64,000 nucleotides of DNA from NCBI GenBank assembly GCA_963846575.1, contig CAWJWJ010000001.1, positions 832,001-896,000 of the forward strand, written 5' to 3'. Origin of the DNA: an uncultured Nitrospiraceae bacterium (lineage in GTDB: Bacteria; Nitrospirota; Nitrospiria; Nitrospirales; Nitrospiraceae). Within the stretch, counting starts at the first letter, position 1. Each line of letters begins with the position of its first letter. Of the stretch, positions 52,336 through 61,572 are shown one piece after another. The position numbers were made by a program, and so were the translations under genes. The notes beneath the pieces were generated by a model. That model made no database searches, had not been told where the DNA came from, and saw only the letters and a list, made by a program, of their open reading frames with translations.

Positions 52336-52964
52336 GACGGGTTTCCGGTCGGAGATGTGAGCCAACCCGGTAAGGGACGATACAATCCGGCGGAAAATTC
52401 CAGTTTTAATGCCTCTTCAGGAAGTAGGCTCAATGGGCGCAACTGGGTTTTCGGGATTAGCGCCAGGTAGCCGGTAAACGGATGGATGGCCGTAGGGACG
52501 AACACCATCACCAGCTCGACCATCGGTGCGATTTGAAGGGCGCGTGGCGGAGCGCCCATAACAAGTCCAAGAGCCCAGAGTCCGTCTCGTGGGAACGGGA
52601 AGGCGACCACAGTGCTTTGCCCGAAGCGGGCTTTGTAATTCAATAGGTCGGTCATACTCTTCAGCGTGAGATAAATGCTGCGGATCAATGGAATGCGTTC
52701 GAGGGTGGCTTCGGTCCAACGGAGGAGCCGCTGTCCGATCACGTGCGTCGCGATGGCGCCGACTGTCAACACCATGCCGGTAAGCAGCAAGATGCCCAAT
52801 CCTGGGATATAAGCTTCCATCCGGTTGCCGATGAGGTTGATCAGGATTGAATCTAACGTCTCGAAGAGGGCCGCCAAAATCAGGAAAGTAGTCCAAGCAG
52901 GAAGCAGGATCAGGAGTCCGGTAATGAAGATGCGTCCGAGCCGATGGGAAGAAGCCACGCTCAA
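52332..52964 (-). CDS. DUF502 membrane protein
   Basis: FITGLL.LLP, RIPLIRSIY, VFVPT..P.TG. Confidence 0.85.
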   Translation of the reverse strand: MSVASSHRLGRIFITGLLILLPAWTTFLILAALFETLDSILINLIGNRMEAYIPGLGILLLTGMVLTVGAIATHVIGQRLLRWTEATLERIPLIRSIYLTLKSMTDLLNYKARFGQSTVVAFPFPRDGLWALGLVMGAPPRALQIAPMVELVMVFVPTAIHPFTGYLALIPKTQLRPLSLLPEEALKLEFSAGLYRPLPGWLTSPTGNPS

Positions 52965-53126
52965 TCCTGGGTTCGATAATCGGATGTGACAGAGATAATC
53001 TACGATACCAGATATAAAATGCGATTTGGTATCTTCTTGATCTACCAGTTCATTTGGACTATCTTTCCCCTAACCTTTCAGTCACCCGATTTGGGTGAGA
53101 TTGTGGGAGATACTGTGACCAACGAT

Positions 53127-53399
53127 ATGCCCAAAAAAGTGAACCTTGATAAGGATCTCTTAGCCATTCTCTGTTGCCCCGAGACGAAGCAGGCTGTAAT
53201 TCTCGCCGACGATGTGTTGATTCAGAAAGTAAATGGCGCCATCGAGCGGGGAGCCCTCAAGAACAAAGCCGATAAGCCTGTCACAGAAAGACTCGACGGG
53301 GGTCTTATCCGCTCAGATCTCCAAGTGCTTTATCCTATCCGCGAGGACATCCCGGTCATGCTCATAGACGAAGGAATCCCGCTCGCGCAGCTTTCGTAA
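53127..53399 (+). CDS. Trm112/YcaR-like protein
   Basis: LLAILCCPETK...YPIREDIPVML. Confidence 0.8.
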   Translation: MPKKVNLDKDLLAILCCPETKQAVILADDVLIQKVNGAIERGALKNKADKPVTERLDGGLIRSDLQVLYPIREDIPVMLIDEGIPLAQLS

Positions 53400-53556
53400 T
53401 CGAGCCTTCTCGACATTGTGCGCTCCCCTACTGCGGTCACACAATCCTTACCCACTTCGAAATGCACAGACGGCCCAACATCTACACGGGGCTGGCACGG
53501 TCATGGTCGTAGTGCACGCCGCAAAAGGCACGGGGGTTGCTTTGTTGGCCGAGCTT

Positions 53557-53856
53557 TCAGGGAGCGAGCAGTCCGCCCTCTGCTGAGGATTTTTCTGTCT
53601 TCGATCCCGTAGAACATCCGCATTGGACGCAGAGATATTCAAAGAGATTGCCGGTTGGCAACACCAGCAGCAGACGTTGACGGGTGGGGGTAGCTTGGCG
53701 GCAATTCCCACAGTAGAGCAAGGAGGCGTTGAACGAATCGTATTGGTCCGTCCCCTGTTGTCGTCCTTCCGATGGAGGCATCGATCGGGGGCGGACGGGA
53801 CGTGGAGGCCAATTAGGTGACGAGGGTCTGTTTGGCAATCGTGACATGGGAGCCAT
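53557..53856 (-). CDS. Small zinc-ribbon hypothetical protein
   Basis: CGNC...RLLLVLP...YLCVQCG. Confidence 0.6.
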   Translation of the reverse strand: MAPMSRLPNRPSSPNWPPRPVRPRSMPPSEGRQQGTDQYDSFNASLLYCGNCRQATPTRQRLLLVLPTGNLFEYLCVQCGCSTGSKTEKSSAEGGLLAP

Positions 53857-53899
53857 TTTACTTATAGAGGAGTATGCGACGCAATGGGAGGAGTAGTTC

Positions 53900-54139
53900 T
53901 TATGGATGACCGACGCGTTGGTCGATAGGTGATTCTGGCTCCTCACCGCTTCTGCCCCGGCAAACCCACCAGAGCGATCGTGCAACCTGCACCACAATGT
54001 ACAGTGCGAATCCTGAGAGAAGTCCGTATAGCCAGGCCTTACTCCACGGCCACAGGTCTGGTGCATGTAGCACTACGGCAAGCGCAACATGGCCCCCCAA
54101 TCCGAGACAGATGGCAAAGATGATCCATTCACGGGCCAT
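53900..54139 (-). CDS. Small membrane hypothetical protein
   Basis: Two TM helices, GAGG RBS. Confidence 0.6.
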   Translation of the reverse strand: MAREWIIFAICLGLGGHVALAVVLHAPDLWPWSKAWLYGLLSGFALYIVVQVARSLWWVCRGRSGEEPESPIDQRVGHP

Positions 54140-54196
54140 AGTCGCCCTCGGAGGAGGCCATGACGAAGGTTAAGCCTAGAGACAATCGACGGGCGG

Positions 54197-54565
54197 TCAA
54201 ACGGAGGTCTTGGCAGATTCGATTTCGGTTGCCGTAATCAAGCTGGACAAATAATCTGCCACGAAGGTCAGGGCCTCCTCCCGTCCATCGGCTCGTCGAC
54301 CCTTTTCGCGACGCTGCACCGAGAGCTCATGGTCCAAGTCTGATTTCACCTCGGTCAGCACTCGCTGGAGCGTGGTGGGAGTGATATTGGCATCCATGTC
54401 CTCGAGTTCCTGGCATCGGTCCAGGACCCAGTTCAACCCTTCAATACGGCCGGCATAATGTTCCTGCTCGGCAGTATCGATTCGAGACATGGTCGTCGCG
54501 AATGTTTGCGCTTCATAGACCAGGTTATAGAAACTCGTAACGGCACGCTGCAACGTGGGATTCAT
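54197..54565 (-). CDS. Hypothetical protein
   Basis: AAGGAG RBS; helical with an internal GR.E.L..V repeat. Confidence 0.65.
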   Translation of the reverse strand: MNPTLQRAVTSFYNLVYEAQTFATTMSRIDTAEQEHYAGRIEGLNWVLDRCQELEDMDANITPTTLQRVLTEVKSDLDHELSVQRREKGRRADGREEALTFVADYLSSLITATEIESAKTSV

Positions 54566-54651
54566 AGTGCTCCTTGGCTCGTGAATAGGTTCTCGTGATT
54601 ATACCTGAGATTGAAGGGGCGACAAGGTATTTTTTTGGGTCGAAGACTGAT

Positions 54652-54981
54652 CTATGTGAACAGAAGCGAGTGAAACTCGTTCATGAACCCATAGTAGAGG
54701 GGGGCAAAATCCTTCAGACTGTCCGGACTGTTTTCCTTAAGGCGTTTGAAAAAAAACACCTGAGCACGCGGGTCCAACTGTTCGAGGAGTCGACTGAGCT
54801 GTGCCATCGTATAGCTGCCCGCAGGGACACTCAGCACGTAATGCACCAACCGCTCGACGAACTGTTGCCCTACATACTCGCTGGTGATAAGGCCTTCAGG
54901 AATCTTGCCCGATGCCAGATACTCATCGAAGGGGATCGCTTGTGCAGCAAAAGGAGAAGACTGCTGCGGACGAGAGGTCAC
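54652..54981 (-). CDS. Hypothetical protein
   Basis: GAGG RBS before the GTG start; globular composition. Confidence 0.6.
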   Translation of the reverse strand: MTSRPQQSSPFAAQAIPFDEYLASGKIPEGLITSEYVGQQFVERLVHYVLSVPAGSYTMAQLSRLLEQLDPRAQVFFFKRLKENSPDSLKDFAPLYYGFMNEFHSLLFT

Positions 54982-55173
54982 GCTGGGGGTACCTCGTTAA
55001 TAAGTAGAAAGGCACAAGCACACAATACGGTCACTCTACTCAAGCCCCTTGGGTCCGTCAAGTGGACAGAAGCCGCAGATCCACCTGAGCCGAAAGGCTT
55101 GGACCATGAAGAGTAGAAGGGGTAAGACGTGTTACAAGGTCGGAAGAGAACGTCGACAATCGCAGCGCCTGGC

Positions 55174-55203
55174 TTGACAGTCCTCACGCCTGGCCGGTAG
55201 AAT
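55174..55203 (+). promoter_or_regulatory. Putative sigma70 promoter of tRNA-Gly
   Basis: TTGACA-N18-TAGAAT. Confidence 0.6.
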
Positions 55204-55230
55204 CCCGCTTCTCCGATCTGGTCTGACGAA

Positions 55231-55305
55231 GCGGGAATAGCTCAGTGGTAGAGCATCGCCTTGCCAAGGCGAGGGTCGCGGGTTCAAATCCCGTTTCCCG
55301 CTCCA
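55231..55305 (+). tRNA. tRNA-Gly(GCC)
   Basis: GCGGGAA acceptor stem, TCGCC-TTGCCAA-GGCGA anticodon arm, GGTTCAAATCC, CCA. Confidence 0.96.
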
Positions 55306-55510
55306 ATTTTCTTTCGCACTTGCACAAGCCCCCCGACGCCAACACCCTCACGGTGATACTTTTTGAGGCTCGGCGGCTGAATGCGCTCCAGATTAACACA
55401 CACTCTTTGAGACTCTCCCGCGAGTGATGCACGTAGCGTTGCGTCATGGCCGCTGGTTTATGTCCCCGCAGGCGTTGCATTGGGGGGCACCGATACCTCA
55501 GTCGGGTCGA
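55306..55510 (-). pseudogene. Degenerate 3' remnant of a tyrosine integrase
   Basis: QRLRGHKPAAMTQRYVHHSRESLKECV aligns with QRLLGHKSPMMTQRYAHHYPESLRDGV of the 19166-20287 integrase. Confidence 0.75.
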
Positions 55511-55565
55511 GCGGCAGTTCCGTCGTTTCGCGGGTGTCCCTCGGGTTGTCTCCCGGCAGGTGGTG

Positions 55566-56537
55566 TCAGAGTTCTCCTTCCGGCTTAGGGGGTGGGGCTG
55601 CCGGGTGGTCTGATGTCGTCGTTGGCTCCTCGCCGGGCCGCGCGGACCTCCGTCGATGCTCAAAGATCCAGGCTGCCTCTGCGCCCAACACAAAGACTAT
55701 TGATGCGTAGTAGAGCCAGAGGAAAAAGAATAAAAAGGCTCCCAGGGCTCCATACAGAACAACGCTGGCCTGCGCGAATTCCACGTACCAGCCAAACGCT
55801 TGCTTGGCAAGCGCGAATAGGGCGACTGCCACCGCGGCTCCTACCGCAAGGGAGCTTGGCTTCAACGTTCTGACTGGCGAGAATCGATAGAGTCCCAAGA
55901 TCAGGCCGACCCCCAAGGCAATTCCCAGGACGCGATGAATCATGCCAATGCCCTGCCCGAACCAGAGGCCCGTTCCTGGCAGCTGGCCGCCGGTCCGACC
56001 GAACAGCGCAAACAATGCCGCCAGGCCAATTGCGACGACCAGCAGCCCCACGCAGAACGCCATCATGAGAAGATCGTGAGCGGTGCCGCGTAGCAAACTT
56101 CGGGCGGGGCCGGCTCGGAACACCGTATTCAACACATGTCGAATGAAACCAAATACGGTGGTACTGAACGCCACAAAGAATGTAAACCCCACCACCCCAA
56201 GCAATCCTCGGTCAGCTACGACTGCGGCTACATTTTCTGAAAACAGGTGTTGAGACTGAGGGAAGAACTGTTGGAGTACGGATTGAACCTCTTCCATGGC
56301 CTGCTTGGATTCAAGCAGAGTATATCCCAGCATAGAGATCATCACGAGGGTCAAGGGTATGGAGTACAGTACCAGGCTGAAGGCCAATCCACCCGCAAGA
56401 AATAATCCGTTATCCCTGCCAAATTTTAGCAGCACCTCAACGGCGAGCCTCCAGGCCAGAACCCCTCCCCGCCCCACGCGTATGAGCACCGACAATTCGT
56501 TCCAACCTTTCTGCGCAGTGGAGTTATTCGAGCTCAC
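55566..56537 (-). CDS. YihY/BrkB family membrane protein
   Basis: LAFSLVLYSIP, YGALGA...WLYY....LGAE. Confidence 0.87.
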   Translation of the reverse strand: MSSNNSTAQKGWNELSVLIRVGRGGVLAWRLAVEVLLKFGRDNGLFLAGGLAFSLVLYSIPLTLVMISMLGYTLLESKQAMEEVQSVLQQFFPQSQHLFSENVAAVVADRGLLGVVGFTFFVAFSTTVFGFIRHVLNTVFRAGPARSLLRGTAHDLLMMAFCVGLLVVAIGLAALFALFGRTGGQLPGTGLWFGQGIGMIHRVLGIALGVGLILGLYRFSPVRTLKPSSLAVGAAVAVALFALAKQAFGWYVEFAQASVVLYGALGAFLFFFLWLYYASIVFVLGAEAAWIFEHRRRSARPGEEPTTTSDHPAAPPPKPEGEL

Positions 56538-57041
56538 TGCGCGCTACGCGTCGGGCGCAGCATTTGGCTTTGGACGGTGATTCCGTCTGATGCTTTGACC
56601 TAGTGAGATTCCAGCGTCACGACCATGGGTCCCGTCATGAGGAAAAGAACCCCTCAATACCGAAGACCCTCTTCAGGATGCCGCTCCTAGGATCGGCTAG
56701 AGGAAAGATAGAGGGGCCAAGAACGCGGTTTCCCGACCGGATGCAGCGGCCACTTATTCTAATCGAACTGCTGGCTCTCAATATACGTGTGGCAATAGCG
56801 AGGCTGCTATTTATCCAGAGGGGGCAGCTGAAAGGGCTGGAGATGACTGCCAGTTCATGCGCAATCAGGTGTTGGAGGCATTCTAGAACAGTAGAATAGG
56901 TGCCATTTGCGAGAGGAGAAATCTCCGTGCCCGTTCAGGTTTTCAGTACAAAAGTATCCATATGTATGGGGGAACGTCCTTGGCAGACCCATAGAAGATG
57001 GCCACTTTTGAATAGCCTGGGCACGGCATCGGTCGAGTCGC

Positions 57042-59282
57042 TTAAGGCGATGATGGAAAGCAGGTTTGAGACTGGCCAGGCTTTTTTGAAGAAGAGCTCG
57101 ATCGAACAAGTTTTCGGAGCGTGTGCAGGTGGCCCTCAGCGTAGGAGCGTTCTTCTGCTGTCAAAGGAGCCTCTCCGAACCGGACTCGGGCATAGAGATG
57201 CGTCAGTGCGCCGGCTGCGGGCCAGGCCTCGCCCCATTGCTCATGAATATGCTGCAGAAACTCCAGGGGTGTGGCGCTTGCACTTTTTGCGATGCCGTGC
57301 CGGGCAAAACAATCGACCATGCTGCGGTAGAGAGCGATGACGATGCGCTGATCGGATGAATACAGGTCCTCGCGCAACCGCTTCCCCCCATAACGTCGAA
57401 ACCGGTGCAGCAGCAGGTAGCTTGTTACAAGGGCCAGCGCGAGAAGGAGAGCCACATGTGGAATGGTAGATGGGGTGAGCGTTTTAAGGAGTGTGCCGAG
57501 CATCCTGGCACCGTTCGCGAGCATGCTGGTCAGGGAGTTGGACAGTTTCGTGCGTACAGCATCTCCGCTTTCCCGCAGACCCTGTACGACGGCGAATTGG
57601 TCGCTTGCACTGTAACTCACGAAAAGACTGTCCCATTGGAGGCGGGCCGAATCCACTACACTGCCGGCGGATTCCCACCAACTCTGAGTCGTCGCTTCTG
57701 CCGAGGAAGGGGTAGGATCCAGTGTGAGCCAGCCCGATTGTGGGAAATAGACCTCTACCCAGGCGTGGGCGTCCCGTTGGCGCACCGTGTAGTACTGCCC
57801 GAATTCGTTCCATTCGGTCGCCAGAAATCCCGTCACCAACCGGGCGGGGATTCCGACCGCGCGGAGCAACATCACCATAGCAGTCGCATAGTGTTCACAG
57901 TATCCCGTTTTCCGTGTCAGGAGAAAGTCTTCCAGCGGATGAGCAGACTGGAGGGATGACACATCCAGGGTATAGCGGTAGTTACTGAGCAGGTGTGAGC
58001 GGATCAGCTGGACGGTTGCCGAGACGCTGATGGCTGGCTCAGTGACTCGACGTGCGAGATCCATGATCCGTGGGTCCAGAAAAGGTAGCTGCAAATACTG
58101 TTGGACGATGAATTCGGGGTATACAAAGGCAGTGGCCGAGCTCTCTGACGTGGCTAGATCAGTCGGGAGCGAATAGGCCGTATAGTGGATGCGGGTGTGC
58201 GAAGGAAAGGGCAGGTGCAGGGATCCCATCAGGTCGGCCTGTACCGAGAGAAAATTGCCTTTGATGGAAACCGGGGTGGACACTCCAAAAAGCACTGCCG
58301 TATCGAGCGGCTCGAGCAGTATGTCTTGGCGGAGCCCTCTGGCTGCCATAGAGGATTGAAGGCCAGGTATTGGGAGCGTAAAGGTGCCCTGAGGAAGTTC
58401 CGTAAGCGTGCGGCGAAGGGGCAAACTATTGCTCCAGGATTTTCCGTTGTAACGATTGTAGGCGACCCCCCGGACATACAGAGGGTCTCGCCTGGAGGTG
58501 TCTCCCACCGCCTTCGGCAATTCGATCCGCATCACGATGCTGGGATCTTGTTTGACCGGGCCAATGGCTCCCAGGTCGACGCGCTCCGTAAATCCTGTCG
58601 TCCGCAGGCTCTTCCCGTCCTCTTGGTGAAGAAATCCCGTACCGATTCGGGGAATCATGAAAAAAAACAGCAACGTGAGGCCGAATGCCACAGCCGCCAT
58701 CGCGTTGGCAGTCCAGAAGAAGCTGGCTGTGATGCGGGGTGACGATGAGGTTGCCTGCGCCTGGTTAGGAGTGATCGATTGGCGTAAGGCGTACTCATCC
58801 TGTTCTTTCACGAGGTGGTAAAGAAGCAGCGTCCAGACTCCGGTCACGAGGTAGAGGAAGAACAGTGGCGCATACCATATCTGGGTAACGAGGGCGGCAG
58901 AGGCCAGCAGCATGATTAGGCTGATTGCGTAGAGATGCAAGACGTCCTGTCCTTGATCGAGAGTCGCGAGCTTGTTGACCATGAGAAGTATGAGAAAGTG
59001 GACCCCGGCTGAGAGGAGCTCCTGCGAGAGGAGTAAGAGGTCGATCCAAAACCCCACGAACGCGAGGAGGAGAAAAACGTTCCACGTGACCGCAGAGAAA
59101 TGGAGGCGTAGGGAGAGACCGGCGATCCATGACGCGCGATATACGCGCAGGAGTGAAAGAATAAACGCAATGCTGGTCAAGATAAAAAGCCAGGGAGGAA
59201 GCACAAGCGCAAGTGCAAGGCTCGTGAAACTCGTAGTGGCCAGCAGGATTGCGCTAAGCCTGAAGGCGTGATCCAGCAGCAT
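57042..59282 (-). CDS. DUF3488/transglutaminase-like membrane protein (TgpA-like)
   Basis: Multiple TMs; GYCEHYATAM, GIPARLVTGF, DAHAWVE, DPTP. Confidence 0.9.
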   Translation of the reverse strand: MLLDHAFRLSAILLATTSFTSLALALVLPPWLFILTSIAFILSLLRVYRASWIAGLSLRLHFSAVTWNVFLLLAFVGFWIDLLLLSQELLSAGVHFLILLMVNKLATLDQGQDVLHLYAISLIMLLASAALVTQIWYAPLFFLYLVTGVWTLLLYHLVKEQDEYALRQSITPNQAQATSSSPRITASFFWTANAMAAVAFGLTLLFFFMIPRIGTGFLHQEDGKSLRTTGFTERVDLGAIGPVKQDPSIVMRIELPKAVGDTSRRDPLYVRGVAYNRYNGKSWSNSLPLRRTLTELPQGTFTLPIPGLQSSMAARGLRQDILLEPLDTAVLFGVSTPVSIKGNFLSVQADLMGSLHLPFPSHTRIHYTAYSLPTDLATSESSATAFVYPEFIVQQYLQLPFLDPRIMDLARRVTEPAISVSATVQLIRSHLLSNYRYTLDVSSLQSAHPLEDFLLTRKTGYCEHYATAMVMLLRAVGIPARLVTGFLATEWNEFGQYYTVRQRDAHAWVEVYFPQSGWLTLDPTPSSAEATTQSWWESAGSVVDSARLQWDSLFVSYSASDQFAVVQGLRESGDAVRTKLSNSLTSMLANGARMLGTLLKTLTPSTIPHVALLLALALVTSYLLLHRFRRYGGKRLREDLYSSDQRIVIALYRSMVDCFARHGIAKSASATPLEFLQHIHEQWGEAWPAAGALTHLYARVRFGEAPLTAEERSYAEGHLHTLRKLVRSSSSSKKPGQSQTCFPSSP

Positions 59283-60426
59283 TGAAGAGGTCTCTATGAG
59301 ACTGAGGAGAAATGAGGTGATCAACTGCATGCCAATGTTCATGATGGTCCGGGCCGGTCCGGGGCAGCAGCAAGACCGTCAGACTGCCATCCGACTGTGC
59401 GAGTGACTGTGACATGCCTTCGTGAATGGCAAAAGCCGATGTCACAGGCTGTCGCTCGCAGAGAGCGAGTGAATGGAGGAGTTGATGGATCTGTTCCGGT
59501 CCGCTGGCGAGAAGCTCCGGCCCATCTCCAAGCAGGAGGCGAACGTGGAACTCGCGGTTCAGCCAAAAGTCGAGAAGTGATGCGGCGATGGAGAGTGTTC
59601 GTTCGAAGGCCTCATCCTCGTCGATAGTGGCGACGGTTGAGACTGCAAGGGTGACCCATCGCCGGTTTTCTGCTTCGGTTTCCTTGAGCATCAGCCTCGA
59701 GGTCCGCGCCGTCGTCATCCAATGAATGGCACGTGAGTCGTCACCTGGGCGAAACTCCCGCAGGTTATAGAGCGAGTTGCCTTGCCCACGTCGAGCCGCT
59801 ACGTGATGCTGTCCCAGTGTTCGCAATTCCTGCAGCCGCAGCGGTGGCAGGGGGATCATTGCGGGGCAGACGAGGAGGCTGGCCTCGAACGAATAGAAAG
59901 CGGTCTTCTGAAACAGTCTGAAGGGAAATGCCGTCACGACTCCGACTCCGTCAAACCGGTACCGGCCGCGCCGAGAGACCAGCAGCGGATAGGAGATCAG
60001 CGTGGAGGAACGGGGTGCGAGGTGCGGGAGGCGAATTCCGCGGTCGAGATCCTGGCCGGCCACGCGATCGTAGAGAGATAGGGACACGCTCGGCAGGTGC
60101 GACTTGTGATTGGCTACCCGGAGCGTCACAGTCGCCGGTTGATTGGCACAAAGATGTTCCGGAAGGTGGCGATAAAATTCCAATCCCCGGAGACTTTGTT
60201 CGGACAGGACACTGGACAGGACAATCAGACTCAGCATCATGGCCATGAGGAGATAGAATAAATTGTTGCCGGTGTTGACCGCGGCGATCCCGACGGCTAC
60301 CGTCAGCAACAGAAAGCGGGTCCCTTCGCTGGTCAATCGAATGGCGCGGTGGTGATACAGATGTCTGATCCCTGCCGGAAAGGTGCCGGGCCCTGTGCCG
60401 GAATTCCCATGGTGTCCGAGTGGCAT
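59254..60426 (-). CDS. DUF58 protein
   Basis: AAVNTGNNL, RRGRY, LREFRPGDD.R.IHW..TAR. Confidence 0.88.
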   Translation of the reverse strand: MPLGHHGNSGTGPGTFPAGIRHLYHHRAIRLTSEGTRFLLLTVAVGIAAVNTGNNLFYLLMAMMLSLIVLSSVLSEQSLRGLEFYRHLPEHLCANQPATVTLRVANHKSHLPSVSLSLYDRVAGQDLDRGIRLPHLAPRSSTLISYPLLVSRRGRYRFDGVGVVTAFPFRLFQKTAFYSFEASLLVCPAMIPLPPLRLQELRTLGQHHVAARRGQGNSLYNLREFRPGDDSRAIHWMTTARTSRLMLKETEAENRRWVTLAVSTVATIDEDEAFERTLSIAASLLDFWLNREFHVRLLLGDGPELLASGPEQIHQLLHSLALCERQPVTSAFAIHEGMSQSLAQSDGSLTVLLLPRTGPDHHEHWHAVDHLISPQSHRDLFNAAGSRLQA

Positions 60427-60477
60427 CCCGGTGCGCTCCTATTTTCAGAGGACAACTGCTGGGCACCGGAAAGGCTA

Positions 60478-61419
60478 TTACAATGGGACAGGCACGCTCT
60501 CGAGAATCTCCTGAATGATTCGCTCGGTGTGGTCAAAGGCCTTCGTGCGCAGACCCTGGGACAGATTCGGCATCACTCGGTGCGCCAGGATGGTTGGAGC
60601 AAGCTCCTTGATGTCCTCAGGCAGGCAATACGCTCGATCACGCACCAAGGCTAACGCCTTCGCCGCTTTGCACAGTGCGAGCGCCCCTCGCGTGCTGACA
60701 CCCAGTGACAGCAGCTCGCTCTGGCGTGTCGCGAGCACGATGGCCAGAAGGTAATCCATGAGGCTGTCGTCCATCTGGACCTTTTCGACTTGAGCTTGAA
60801 GATCTATAACCTGTTGCGCCGTGAGCACGGGTTGAATCTCGTCTGCCGGATGCAGCAATGACGGCCGCTCCAACACCTTCTTTTCCTCGTTGGGCGTAGG
60901 ATATCCGATACGGAGCCGCATGAGGAATCGGTCCAGCTGGGACTCCGGGAGCGGGAACGTGCCGTGGTACTCAGCGGGGTTCTGTGTGGCAATGACCATG
61001 AATGGTTGCGATAGCGAATGCGTGTGGTTGTCCACTGAGATCTGGGCCTCGCTCATCGCCTCCAGCAGACTACTTTGAGTTTTTGGTGTCGTACGGTTGA
61101 TCTCGTCGGCGAGTACGATATGAGCAAAGAGGGGCCCAGGCATGAATTCAAATCCCTGTTTTTGGCGGTTGAAAACAGAGATGCCGACAATATCTGACGG
61201 GAGCAGATCGCTGGTGAATTGGATGCGTTTGAATGAGCAATCCAGAGAGCGCGCAAGGCTGTGGGCCAGCGTGGTCTTGCCAACGCCGGGAACGTCTTCG
61301 ATCAAAAGGTGTCCCCGGGCTAGCAAGCAGACGATGGCCATCTCAATCACTCGCGCCTTGCCTTTGATGACCAGCGCAATGTTCTCCTGCAGTGCTTTGA
61401 TTGATTGAGGGGAATTCAC
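60478..61419 (-). CDS. MoxR family AAA+ ATPase
   Basis: DVPGVGKT, RIQFTSDLLPSDI, DEINR, PLPESQLDRF. Confidence 0.95.
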   Translation of the reverse strand: MNSPQSIKALQENIALVIKGKARVIEMAIVCLLARGHLLIEDVPGVGKTTLAHSLARSLDCSFKRIQFTSDLLPSDIVGISVFNRQKQGFEFMPGPLFAHIVLADEINRTTPKTQSSLLEAMSEAQISVDNHTHSLSQPFMVIATQNPAEYHGTFPLPESQLDRFLMRLRIGYPTPNEEKKVLERPSLLHPADEIQPVLTAQQVIDLQAQVEKVQMDDSLMDYLLAIVLATRQSELLSLGVSTRGALALCKAAKALALVRDRAYCLPEDIKELAPTILAHRVMPNLSQGLRTKAFDHTERIIQEILESVPVPL

Positions 61420-61470
61420 GATGGGGTATTTTCGAAGGGTGTCATGCCAGGTGTGTAGTGGACTGCCCGA

Positions 61471-61499
61471 AGTCTAACAAAGGGTCCGGAGACCGTCAA
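61471..61499 (-). promoter_or_regulatory. Putative sigma70 promoter of the moxR operon
   Basis: TTGACG-N17-TAGACT on the minus strand. Confidence 0.5.
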
Positions 61500-61572
61500 T
61501 TTATACGGAGTTTCAAACGTCTCGGTGACGAGCGCTCTTCGCGAGGACACTTTTCATGACGCCCCTGGTAGG

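Noticed and set aside
56603..57040. Short ORFs between yihY and the transglutaminase gene
   Set aside because: No recognisable features; probably intergenic
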